Source: a virus | DNA length: 64,000 bases | Strand: one strand, 5' to 3' | IMG/VR virus record: IMGVR_UViG_3300028610_002211 | Location: 40,306 to 104,305 of that record | In this document: piece after piece, positions 19,471 to 29,833 of the stretch | Layout of the letters: every line of letters begins with the position of its first letter | Numbering within the stretch: position 1 is the first letter of the stretch | Translations under genes and position numbers: made by a program | Notes under the pieces: model-generated | The model's input: only the letters and a program-made list of their open reading frames with translations | Told to the model about the DNA's origin: nothing | The model's database searches: none

Positions 19471-20434
19471 ATGGCAAGGGTTAAAATAATCGACTTTGAC
19501 GCGTTGCGCAGCGCGATCGAAGATTTCAAAGCGGGGTTGCTCGAATTTGCCGAAAATGGGGGTGATTTAAACAAGCTTGTTAAAAATTCAGAAATGGTAT
19601 TGAACCGTTTGACCGGCGAAGAAATGGAAATCTGTATTGTTGTCCAGCACGAAAAAACCCCACAACCAGAATTTGCGATTGTGAAAGGCGCTGTTTATCG
19701 TCAATCAAAGCGGGGCAAAACACACCTATTTCTTTTGACTGGGCACCGTGGCAAGGCGTTTTGTGGAGTCTCGATTGTTGATACAAGCCTTGTTTTATCT
19801 CCAAACGTAGCGGATATTTGCTCCGATTGTGCTTTAGCTGTTAACGATTTAGATGATATTTAACAGTTTTTATTTTCATATATCTGTATTTTCTTAACAT
19901 ATGTTTCACATTTCACGTGAAACATTTCTTGATTTATAAATTGGATTGTGTAAAGCTCACAAAATGGAGGTATCAATGAACGAAAACAGAAAAACAAAAG
20001 AAAAGTCAGAAGATAGCGGGGCGCCCGAACAGGTCGAAAATGAGCTCAAAAAAGAAGAACCATCGTTTACACCAAACGAAATTTTGGAACCGCTTGGGTT
20101 TGTTGAACAACAATTGACCGATGATCAGAGTAATTTGCTCGCTTTTTTTCAATTAACACTGTACGAAAAACCGCGAAAAATCGATCTTGACGCGTCTGTA
20201 ACAGCTGGATTTGACGAAAATGGGACTTATCTTTTAGTTTTTGATTTTGAGATTACGGTATTTATTGACGTTTGTGATGTTCATATCGGGTCTTATGACA
20301 TTATTTTAGACTACGAAAACAGAAATAAGTTTGCCATAATCTTTAAAGCCATTGTAACCTTTTTGTCACAATCGGCAAAACTCTATGTTGCAACACAGGC
20401 TTTACTTGACGAGAAAAAAGAAAAACCAAACTAA
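19471..20434 (+). CDS. Hypothetical genes 19471-19863 and ~19976-20434
   Basis: GGAGG SD for both; promoter TTGACT-17 nt-TACAAT at about 19406. Confidence 0.65.
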
Positions 20435-20450
20435 GCAAGGAAGACGGCCG

Positions 20451-21179
20451 ATGAGTGAGAAGCTTTTGAAACGGGTTGCGGCACTGTTCGCCTTATCCGA
20501 TAACAACCCGAGCCCAGAAGAGGCACAAAGCGCCCTAGAGCAAGCCAGGGCGCTGTTGCAAAAGCACAACCTTACAATGATTGATGTTGAGTCTGTCGAG
20601 GATCACAAAGGGGCTCAGGGCGGTTACAGCGAAACAGCGACGGTTGGAGAAAAGATCGCCCAATGGAAAAAATCTGTTGCCGCTGTTGTTGCCGAATATT
20701 TAGATATAAAAGTTGTTACTAGAAAATATGTGCGTAAAAGAGATGTTAGTTTTTTGTTTTATGGTTTGGTGTTAAACACCGAAATCGCGATCGGTATTTT
20801 TTTATCTTTATTGAGACAAATTGAAACAATGACAAAAAATTACCATGGTAAAGGTCATTACGCAAAAAGCGTATATCGCCAGGGCATTTTATACGGTTTG
20901 GATCAACGTTTGGAAATTTTGAAAATTAGACAAAATTCAAAATGTACTGCGTTGGCTATTTGCTCTAACAAAGTTGCAGATAATTGGATGGAAAACGAGG
21001 GTATAAAAGTTGAACGAGCGAGGGTAAAAACCAAAAAAGAAAAAACGAAAGAGCAACAACGTAAAGATCGAAATCTTTTTGGTTGGGATCGTCAACTCCA
21101 TTTTTCAAGGGGTTTGAGCGATTCTTATTCATTGGTTTTAGAGAAAGTGTTAGACGGTAAAACAAAAGAAGAAAGTTGA
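20451..21179 (+). CDS. DUF2786-domain protein
   Basis: LLKRVAALFALS..NPSPEEAQSALEQARALLQKHNLT N-terminus. Confidence 0.8.
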   Translation: MSEKLLKRVAALFALSDNNPSPEEAQSALEQARALLQKHNLTMIDVESVEDHKGAQGGYSETATVGEKIAQWKKSVAAVVAEYLDIKVVTRKYVRKRDVSFLFYGLVLNTEIAIGIFLSLLRQIETMTKNYHGKGHYAKSVYRQGILYGLDQRLEILKIRQNSKCTALAICSNKVADNWMENEGIKVERARVKTKKEKTKEQQRKDRNLFGWDRQLHFSRGLSDSYSLVLEKVLDGKTKEES

Positions 21180-21217
21180 AAAAATTGTATCTTGTAAATT
21201 AGGGAGATAAAACAAAA

Positions 21218-21484
21218 ATGAAAAAGAATATCGAGATTGAAAAATTCAGAAAACACGTCGAGAATACGTATAAACGCCAACCAACGGGTTGTGGTGGTTC
21301 TTTCGGAGAGATCCTATGTTTCGAAATACACGATCAACCCGTTAACTCCAGAATGAGAGCTAAGTCATTCAATGACGGATATACTACAGGACTAACTTTT
21401 ACTGAGCTAGCAGCAAAATGGGGAATATCCGTTAGCTTTCTGGGTGAGCTAATTCGAGACCATTGTATTAAAATGGAATCGTAA
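21218..21484 (+). CDS. Hypothetical protein with a C-terminal HTH-like segment
   Basis: GLTFTELAAKWGISVSFLGELI; GGGAG SD. Confidence 0.6.
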   Translation: MKKNIEIEKFRKHVENTYKRQPTGCGGSFGEILCFEIHDQPVNSRMRAKSFNDGYTTGLTFTELAAKWGISVSFLGELIRDHCIKMES

Positions 21485-21552
21485 TTGTTATTTCCCTGCG
21501 TCGTTTAATCTTTTACATTCACTACACAACGAATGACACCCTCCATCAATAT

Positions 21553-21760
21553 AAAAAGGGGAGGCTAAACGCCTCCCCTTACTTGTATCGTGCCCGGGAC
21601 GCACCCAAGCTGTCTTTTACAAAACAATGGTGTATCAGATACTCTATTTTGTCAATAGAAAAATGAATAGCCCAAAAGCACAAAAGCCTTGGGTGACACA
21701 ACACCCAAGGCTTTTGAATTGGCGGGTACATTTCAGACACACCAAAGATACAGTAGGAAA
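21553..21760 (-). ncRNA. Two tandem candidate small RNAs of about 70-80 nt
   Basis: Minus-strand promoters TTGAAA-17 nt-TATATT (about 21787-21759) and TTGACA-17 nt-CACCAT (about 21655-21627), each followed by a strong hairpin (21681-21716; 21553-21580). Confidence 0.45.
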
Positions 21761-21840
21761 TATACCGCAGGTGTCGCCAATTTTCAAGTAAAAAATATAA
21801 CTTTTTTGACTTTTGTTTTAGGGTCGGATAACATCAAATC

Positions 21841-22097
21841 ATGACCAGAGTCCAAGGTCAATCGCTAGTTGTCTTTACGCGCTCTCATACGGGCGCTCAA
21901 GAGACGTTTTTCACAAATGTACACTTGACTTCAACCTTTTATATGTGGCGTGCTATCCCCTTGCCAGACACCTGAGAAGCGTATGAAACAAAACCCGTTA
22001 TAAAAACAGTGACGTGTTTCGAGCACTGTTCAAAAAAATATTTTTTTCGAAAACTGACAGTGAGGGACGACGGCTCTAAAAGGGCCGTCGTTTTTTA
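21841..22097 (+). ncRNA. Candidate ~255-nt structured transcript, possibly with a leaderless 44-aa ORF (21841-21975)
   Basis: TTGACT(21806)-17 nt-TAACAT; internal helices; terminator gacgacggctc..gggccgtcgtttttt at 22066-22096. Confidence 0.4.
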
Positions 22098-22112
22098 TAA
22101 AAGGGGTGAAAA

Positions 22113-22742
22113 ATGGTAAGGGGGAAATTTATTGTTTTAGAGGGGGCAGACGGGGCGGGGACAACGACGATTGCGAATTATTTAACGGATAAACTAGAAA
22201 CTAAATTTGGCAAAAGGTCTGTTGTGTTAACTCATGAACCATCAGATTTTGATACTGGTGTTTTTATTCGTGAAATTTTACGAAGTGAAAAAACGGTTTC
22301 GCAAGGTTTGGCAATGGCTTATCTGTTTATTGCGGATCGTATCGATCACACAAAACGCCGAATTATTCCAGCGCTCGAAGCTGGCAAAATGGTTGTTTGT
22401 GATCGTTATTACTTTTCAACTCTGGTTTATCAATCTGTCAAAGACGATTTTTCAAGTTCATGGAAAGAGTTAGAGGGTTTATCTCCTTTAATGCGGGGGC
22501 ATATAGAGCCGGATTTATCTTTGCTTTTGGATTGTAGAATTGACACTTTGCGAGATAGGCGTGAAAATCGAAATGAAGTAAAAGAGATTTATGAAAACGA
22601 TGGTTATCAAAAGATAGTTGTTGATCTTTATCGTGCTTTGTTTTCTAGGTATAGATATAATTCCGAGATGATTGACGCCGAAGAAAGTCTTATTTCCGTA
22701 AAGGCTAAAACGTGGGCAGTGACTAAAGAACTTTTTTCTTGA
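22113..22742 (+). CDS. tmk: Thymidylate (dTMP) kinase
   Basis: FIVLEGADGAGTTT, THEPS, LFIADRIDH, VVCDRYYFSTLVYQ, PDL. Confidence 0.93.
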   Translation: MVRGKFIVLEGADGAGTTTIANYLTDKLETKFGKRSVVLTHEPSDFDTGVFIREILRSEKTVSQGLAMAYLFIADRIDHTKRRIIPALEAGKMVVCDRYYFSTLVYQSVKDDFSSSWKELEGLSPLMRGHIEPDLSLLLDCRIDTLRDRRENRNEVKEIYENDGYQKIVVDLYRALFSRYRYNSEMIDAEESLISVKAKTWAVTKELFS

Positions 22743-22775
22743 CTTGTGAAATAGAATCTGATAAAATCCCTTCCA

Positions 22776-25080
22776 ATGTCTAAAAACATTAAGAGAATTT
22801 ACTGTGTTGACTGTGCTTTTTGTCTTGTCGAACAGGGAAAAAAGCAAGTTATTTATACTTGCCGTTGCCGAGAAAGCGAGAAATACGATAAATGTGTTGA
22901 TCCTTGGGATACGTGTACGCAATTCAAACAACGAGTTTGTACAATGTGCCATGTTGAAGGTTTGAAAAACCCTTGTCCACTTTTACACGGTGGAGAAAGT
23001 TAGAGGTTTGTTTTGGAAACTAATTCAAAAATATTTTGTGATAACGAAAAACACAGAATTACAAAAACCGCAAATGGCAAATTTAAAGTTTACGACAAAG
23101 AGAAAAAGACAACGATCGGTGAATTTGACACTTTGCGAAAAGCAACAAATTCAACAAAGGTTGTCGAGGAAACTGAGATTAAGCCCGAATGGGTTGAACC
23201 CAAACCGCCGAAGAAAAAACCAAAAAGAAGATAAAAGTAATTTGTTGACTTCTGAATTAGAAATTTTATTGACTTGTAATCGAAACCGATCTATATTGGA
23301 TCTGTTACAGAAAGCCATTTTGTGAAAAAACCTCCTACTAGCCCGGTTAACGCCGGGCACTATCAAGAGGTTTCGTGATTTTTATTGACTTCTGAAATCG
23401 AGGGGAAAATGCAAATTGATCTATTTGAACGAATCAAATCTGTTTTGATACAGAAAGGTTGGCAGTATTACCGAAATGAGGATATGTGGACCACTGAAAA
23501 AACGTTAACGTTTGAAAGTGTCGCTGTAACAAATGAAGCTTTGATCTCGATTATGAATACAGACAGCCCTGGCTTAATTGGTCTCTTTTTCACCTATATA
23601 TTGAAAAAACCAGATGTGTTAAAAGATATTTTTGATCTTTTACCAAATAGTTTTTTTAACGAAAATTGGATCCAAGCATAAAAAAATTTTATAACTTGTG
23701 AATCAGGTTGGAGGTAAAACCGTGGTAATCGATACAAAAGAAATGATGTTGGCGCGTTTGCGTGAAAGTTTGCGCGATTATGGAATCAGACACAAAACCG
23801 GGCGAGAATTAACCGATGGTGAAATCTTGCAAGTTTGCGATTTTTTTTGTACCGGATTCACTTTGTTAGCCGATAAATTCCAGTCAATATCGGACGAAGT
23901 TGCGATAATTTTCTCAACCATCGGCTCCAGTTTTAACGATCTTGGCCTTGTAGTTGATGAGAAAAACAGGAAAGCAAATTAAACGCTAAATACAAAGTGG
24001 TTAAAAAATCAGAATCGTTTTTGGTTTGGGTTTGATCGCTGTGAAAAAAAAGAAAAGTAAAACACGTAGAATATTGCTTGGTGGTGATATTGTAGAAACA
24101 ACTTTACCACCAAAATATATTCTTGGAGAATACGACAAGAAAAATGGTATCTGGTACTATTGTCTGAAAGGCTCAATTTTCACAAAACATATTGACTGTA
24201 GAATACGCGTTGTGATTTCTCGTTATACAATCGATCAAATAAACGGCAAATTAGACCTTCAAAAACAGTTTGGAAAACCACCAAATTTTCACACTGAATT
24301 GAAGCGCTATAAGTTCAAAAATTTCAAAGCAACCATCGGCCCGGTTGTTGAGTTGAAGGCGATAGATTCTGTTGATGAATGGCTCGATTATCTTGATAAT
24401 GAGCTTACAAACGATGAATTTAAAATAGCTCGTTTACGTGAAATCTTGACCCATTAGACATTTATTTCTGGTCTCGAAGCAATTTCTAATCATCTGAATT
24501 GGTAAAGTGTTGAAATTGTTGTACGTTTTTTGCATTTTTGTAACGTTTTTTCTACTAAATTAAATTACGAAAACAGTTTTTTCTTTACTTTTGAAATAAA
24601 ACTGTTATCTTTAGTAGTAGAAAGGAGGCGCGAAATGCGTTCTGAAAAAGAAAAAGATACTGATTTAATGACTTTCCGAGCCATTTTTGCGCTCGAAGTT
24701 GGCGGGGGTAGAATCGAGATCAAAGCTAAAAACAAAAAAGGAGCTTGGGAAATATTGAAGAAAATAGAGCCTAAAGCTTTCTTAATGATCAAAAGTTTTG
24801 AAGAAATCGGTTGTTGCTAATGGTGCAAGATCATCACAAAATTAAAATAACGTTAAAGCGTGTTTTGGCGGGCGAGAAAGGTTCGAAGTGTCTTTCGCTT
24901 TCTGCCTTTACCGGTGGTGTATATCCCGAAGATGGTATTGTTATCACGGCAGGGACCGGCGTTGTTACTCAAAGTTGTTACCTTCCAAATTCTGATCTTC
25001 AAGCGGTGTTAATTCTCAAACCCGGGGAAATAATGACCGCTAAAAGCTGGGATACTACCCCCATACCACCAAAAAAATGA
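22776..25080 (+). CDS. Hypothetical genes (22776-23003 Cys-rich, ~23013-23234, ~23409-23681, ~23722-23982, 24026-24457, ~24635-24820, ~24820-25080)
   Basis: + strand ORFs; no family recognised. Confidence 0.5.
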
Positions 25081-25727
25081 AACTGAAAAAGAAAGAGGCA
25101 ATCGAGACCGTTTCGACTTTTCTTGAATTGGTCATTCAGGGCAAGTCGATTGAAGACATTTCAGATGAAATGGGTTACGATATTTCTGAGCTTTCGTTTT
25201 TACAAAGTCGTTTGCTCGAAATGAAAACCTTCGAGTTACAAGGCAAACCGGTTGAACATGTATATGTTGAATACATGATTGAACAATTGAAAAATGTTCA
25301 CACTTTAAACAGCTTGATAGAAAAATTTGACGGCAATTCGAGAAATCTTGCGGCGGTTGTTGCGGCGGTTCGGTTGCGCTCCGATATTCACGATCGTATT
25401 ATGGAAAAAGGTCAAGCTTGTGGAGTGATCCGAAAAGTTCCTGAACGGAAAGAATCTTTACACGGTTTGGTTATTGCCGAGTTAACAGCCGACGATTTAC
25501 GTGAAACCATTGTTAAACAGTATCGAAAACTTGCGAAATATACAACGGGAAAAACTGAAACTATGGCCCAATTAAGGGTTCCAAAAAACTTGCATTATGG
25601 GCCTACGGTTGAAATATCAGACGATAAAGAAGGCGAAGAAGAAGAGATAAACCCAAAGCGCAAAGCTGTGTTAAAAAAGAAAAAAAAGAAGAAGAAAAAA
25701 CGAAAGGGTGATCAAGATGAAGTGTGA
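25077..25727 (+). CDS. Putative terminase small subunit
   Basis: N-terminal HTH-like segment (GKSIEDISDEMGY), helical body, basic tail; lies upstream of TerL. Confidence 0.4.
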   Translation: MKLKKKEAIETVSTFLELVIQGKSIEDISDEMGYDISELSFLQSRLLEMKTFELQGKPVEHVYVEYMIEQLKNVHTLNSLIEKFDGNSRNLAAVVAAVRLRSDIHDRIMEKGQACGVIRKVPERKESLHGLVIAELTADDLRETIVKQYRKLAKYTTGKTETMAQLRVPKNLHYGPTVEISDDKEGEEEEINPKRKAVLKKKKKKKKKRKGDQDEV

Positions 25728-26571
25728 GGCTTTCAACCTGTCGGGCGATTCTTTTGATCCAACAATGGCTTTTATTTTTGGGCGTTGTGCCTATGACATC
25801 GGGACACGGGTTGTTACTTGGGATGAAAAACAAGGTTATGACGGTTATAAGCGGCCGCTGCGAATTAAAACGCGACCAAACGGGGTAGATAACATCAAAC
25901 AGCTGTTGATTCATCACGCAGGCCAAGACAGACGCGACCCAGGCACTATGTACGGCGTTTTATGGGACCAACGTAGGCTATCGGTCCACTTTGGATTAGA
26001 CGAGTTTGCAAGGTCTGTGGGAAGCCTCGAAGCGGGGCCGATTATTTGGCAATTTGTTGATTGTGATTGGCTCACAAAACACGCGGGCGGAATGGACCCA
26101 ACTTCGATCGGGATCGAGGTGTGCCACTTCCCTTGCGCTTGGAAGGGCAAAAATGGCGATCCGGGCTATTATTCACCAAAAAACAACCTCAAAAAAAACA
26201 ACATGCCTCATGAAATTATCGAACAACTGGTATATTCAAAATACCGCAAGGTGTTTGCCTTTACAGAAGGTGTCACAGACGCTTTGGCGCGCCTTTATGC
26301 GGGATGTTGGGTTGCCATAGGGCATCAACGAAAAGGCGGCTTCGAGGGGGCTTATGGGCGTGCTCCGGTGTTTCCTCGGGGTAAGTATGGCCATATCCCG
26401 CTTGGAGTTATCAAAGAATCTAAAAATTGGGTTGGGTTGATCACTCATCGCCAATGTTCAAAGAACAAATGGGACCCGGGTGGGCTTGATCATGAAAAAT
26501 TTGAAAATCTAGTTGCAGATTATTACAATTCTTTTCGTCAAGGTTTGCCCCGTTCGTTGTTACGTTACTAA
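25717..26571 (+). CDS. N-acetylmuramoyl-L-alanine amidase (Amidase_2) endolysin
   Basis: LLIHH, LSVHF, IWQF, KHAG..SIGIEV, THRQ..KWDPG Zn-amidase motifs. Confidence 0.85.
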   Translation: MKCEAFNLSGDSFDPTMAFIFGRCAYDIGTRVVTWDEKQGYDGYKRPLRIKTRPNGVDNIKQLLIHHAGQDRRDPGTMYGVLWDQRRLSVHFGLDEFARSVGSLEAGPIIWQFVDCDWLTKHAGGMDPTSIGIEVCHFPCAWKGKNGDPGYYSPKNNLKKNNMPHEIIEQLVYSKYRKVFAFTEGVTDALARLYAGCWVAIGHQRKGGFEGAYGRAPVFPRGKYGHIPLGVIKESKNWVGLITHRQCSKNKWDPGGLDHEKFENLVADYYNSFRQGLPRSLLRY

Positions 26572-26597
26572 AACCACAAAAAGGGAAGGTGGACAAA

Positions 26598-27458
26598 ATG
26601 TTAAGAACGTTTATTGCGGTTCTATGTTTTTTGATTTTGCCAAGTTGCGAAAACGAAAAACCAATTACTTACAAATCAAATTTAAAAGTAGAAGAAGATT
26701 TTGATTTTTCGTTTGAATGGTTGGACACCGAACAAGAAACCAATTCAAGTTTATTTGAAGAAGTTTGTTTTGAAGAAACTTTTAACAAAACTCAGAAGGC
26801 AAAAAACCAAAAAGCAGAATTCACTTTGGATGAAATAAAAGTAATTGGGCGCGCGGTTGCCGGTGTTTCGAAGTGGAAAAAGAGGTATGGTGTTTGGTGG
26901 GAATGTGGAAAAGCTTACGAGACAGACGAAGAAATTGAGAACTTGGCTCTTTTATATGTTGTTCAAATTTTTAGAAGTGTAAAAAACATTAGTGACGAAA
27001 GCTTTAAATTGAATCCGTGGGGAATGTTAGGGCTTGTTGCAAATGAGTCGTTTTTTGATCGTTGTGCGCTTGGTTTATATCCAAGAAAAAAAGCTTATGA
27101 ACTTGGTATTATCAAAAAGCGGAAAGCGTGTATTTCTCATACTGAAAAGGAGATTTTGACGGCGGTTAATCACCCAAAAATGAGAAAATATTTTTATAGA
27201 ACTGGTTTCGATCTTGGTGTTGGTCAAATGTTGTCTCGTTTTTACAGCGAAGAACAATCGTATGAAAAACAAATTGAATTGGTTTACGGATGTAATGAAA
27301 CAGCGCGCGAACTTCGAAACCGGGCGTTTTGGACGCGATCTAAAAACGGGCCGTCAAAAGAGCCGTGGTTATTTTGGCGGGGTAGCGCAACGCCGTGGTA
27401 TGCGGCAAAAATTCGTCGTTGGGCTCAAAGGTTTGGGGCACGTAAAGACGAGATATAA
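26598..27458 (+). CDS. Lipoprotein with a lysozyme/lytic-transglycosylase-like domain
   Basis: Signal peptide with lipobox LPSC; LVANES.F and DLGVGQM motifs. Confidence 0.55.
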   Translation: MLRTFIAVLCFLILPSCENEKPITYKSNLKVEEDFDFSFEWLDTEQETNSSLFEEVCFEETFNKTQKAKNQKAEFTLDEIKVIGRAVAGVSKWKKRYGVWWECGKAYETDEEIENLALLYVVQIFRSVKNISDESFKLNPWGMLGLVANESFFDRCALGLYPRKKAYELGIIKKRKACISHTEKEILTAVNHPKMRKYFYRTGFDLGVGQMLSRFYSEEQSYEKQIELVYGCNETARELRNRAFWTRSKNGPSKEPWLFWRGSATPWYAAKIRRWAQRFGARKDEI

Positions 27459-27616
27459 TCTGTTTTTCATCTAAAACTAGATCTTTCACAAAAAATCGTA
27501 TAGAATTTTATTGTCATTTGTTTTTCAACCTGCCCCAGTGGCCAAAAAGGTTGCAGGTTGGCGTCACTGTTCGGGCGTCCAACTGTCAAGGGCAATTACA
27601 CAAAGGAAGGTGTAAA

Positions 27617-28309
27617 ATGAGCAGTGGAGTATCAAGAGTAGCGGTAGGTTCTATCAAAGGGACAGGCGCGGATTTGAACGTGAGAACGGTAACGTTCAAA
27701 CCAAAGGTTGTTGAATTGCTCAACATTGGCGGGCTTGCGACCGGAAAATGGGTCAAAGGTATGGCCGATGATAGCGCGCTCAAAGCGGTCACGGCCGGGA
27801 CCATATCATTGGTCACTTCGGACGGTATCACCCCGTTGTCAGACGGCTTCACAATCGGCGCAGACACTGATCTGAATGTCGATGGTGAGTTGATCCGTTA
27901 CGTGGCATACGAGTAAAAACCGGTTCGCGAAAGGCGGTGAGAAATGCCTATATCTATCGACAAAACGCCGAATTATGTTTTGTACAGAGAGGGCCTTGCG
28001 GCGGTTGATGCTGTCTTTGACAAAATCGACAAGGGCATTCACACGAGCCACTATCAAACGGCGCTGATTCAAGTTGTGCCAACCGCAACAGCTAACCCAA
28101 CTGTTGAAGTTCGTTGGTGGTCGGCAGGTGCAAGCTTGTTTGTAAAAGAACATACCGCGATCGTTAAAGCGGGGATTGGTGCTGGTATTCCGTATGAATT
28201 CACGGTCTCTTGTCACGGGCGGATCATGATGGTAGCTGTCAATGTTCTTGCGGCCGGTTCGGCGAAAATCTACGTTTGCGGATCTGAATTCTTACCAAAC
28301 ACCTATTAA
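27617..28309 (+). CDS. Two small beta-rich, probably virion, proteins (27617-27916, 27944-28309)
   Basis: SD-led, Gly/Thr/Val-rich, codon usage like the structural genes. Confidence 0.55.
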
Positions 28310-28315
28310 CAAAAA

Positions 28316-29824
28316 ATGTTGTTATTAGACTCCACAACTTCGTTGGATCAAGGTAGGTCTGACGAGAGTTTACCAGTCGTTGGAAAAAAGCGTTTAAAGA
28401 GGGCTGAAAAATCGGAATTGATCGAGATTTATGAACAATCGATCACGACTGAAAACGCTTGGTTGAAAAAACAAATAGTTGATAATGATCGGATTGACTT
28501 ACTTGCAACCGAGATTTTGGGATATGAAGTAAAACCTTTACATCTTGCTTTGTTACAATTTCAGTTTTTACATCCCGAAAATTTACAATTGGTATACAGA
28601 GGCAGCGGCAAAAGCACGATGTGTACCGTTACAAAAGCGATTCACTTGTTGTTGAAAAACTCAAATCTTAGAATCTTAATCGCTTCAAAAACTACCACTA
28701 ACGCAATGGCGTTTTTAAAAGAAATTAAAACCCATTTTGCACAAAATGAAAAACTGACTGAAGTTTTTGGCCCGTATTATGACCAAAAACTTACAACAAA
28801 ATGGGATGAAAAAGAGATCGAAGTTTTACCTAGAACTAAATTTACAAAAGAAGCTTCTGTAACGTGTGTTGGCGTTGATGGTACAATTGTTTCTAAACAT
28901 TATGACGTGTTGATCTCCGACGACTTGGTTGACGAATCGAATTCACGAACCGATCATATGAGAAGAAAAACACAGACGTTTTATTATCAGACATTAGAAC
29001 CAACTTTAGAGGCGCCCGATCCTTCAGTCCCTCATAGAGGCGAACACCATAAACAAGGGACACGTTTTCACTATGATGATCTTTATGGTCATCTTATAGC
29101 AAACGAGCTTAAAAACCATCACCAAATTATTAAAGCTTTAAACGAAAAAGGCCAAAGTCCGTGGCCAGAAAAACACCCACCGGAGTGGTTTTTAGAAAAG
29201 CTTAAAAAATCCGGTTTGATAATTTTCGGGGCGCAATACCTTTGCGATACCGAAGCGATGAAAGGCAAGGTTTTTCAATATGATGATTGTCAAGTAATCG
29301 AAGACGAAGAAATACCGAAAGAATTACAAATTTATATGGGTATTGATTTGGCGATTGGCGAAAAAGAAGAACATGATAATTTTGTAATTGTGGTTATTGG
29401 TATTGATACAAACTATAACTATTATATCTTGGATTTCTATGAAGGTAAAATCAGATTTAGCGTTCAAACGAAAAAAATCAGAAAGTATTATAAAAAATGG
29501 GATCCAATAAAAACACTTATTGAAACAAATGCCTATCAAGATGCGCAATACCAAAATTTAAAAGACGAAGATAAAACACTTAGGATAAAACCGAAAAAAC
29601 AAACGAAAGACAAAATAACACGGGCTTGGAAACGATCGGCCGATTTCGACGATAAACGCGTATTTTTCAAGAAAACTGGGAAATCACACATTGCAGTTGA
29701 AAGACTTGTGCTTTTCCCAGATGCAAAGGGTTCAAGAGATTTTTTTGATGCATTAGATCTTGCATTTAAAGCGGCAAACACCAAAAAGAAAAGACGCAGA
29801 CCCAAAGAACCGAGTTTAATTTAA
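28316..29824 (+). CDS. terL: Terminase large subunit
   Basis: Walker A RGSGKST, Walker B VLISDDL, GTRFH coupling motif, nuclease GIDLA...DFFDAL. Confidence 0.93.
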   Translation: MLLLDSTTSLDQGRSDESLPVVGKKRLKRAEKSELIEIYEQSITTENAWLKKQIVDNDRIDLLATEILGYEVKPLHLALLQFQFLHPENLQLVYRGSGKSTMCTVTKAIHLLLKNSNLRILIASKTTTNAMAFLKEIKTHFAQNEKLTEVFGPYYDQKLTTKWDEKEIEVLPRTKFTKEASVTCVGVDGTIVSKHYDVLISDDLVDESNSRTDHMRRKTQTFYYQTLEPTLEAPDPSVPHRGEHHKQGTRFHYDDLYGHLIANELKNHHQIIKALNEKGQSPWPEKHPPEWFLEKLKKSGLIIFGAQYLCDTEAMKGKVFQYDDCQVIEDEEIPKELQIYMGIDLAIGEKEEHDNFVIVVIGIDTNYNYYILDFYEGKIRFSVQTKKIRKYYKKWDPIKTLIETNAYQDAQYQNLKDEDKTLRIKPKKQTKDKITRAWKRSADFDDKRVFFKKTGKSHIAVERLVLFPDAKGSRDFFDALDLAFKAANTKKKRRRPKEPSLI

Positions 29825-29833
29825 GGTGAAAAA

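Noticed and set aside
27540-27556. Additional sigma54-like strings (also about 51165-51180)
   Set aside because: GG-to-GC spacing is one base too long, and both lie in hairpin arms.
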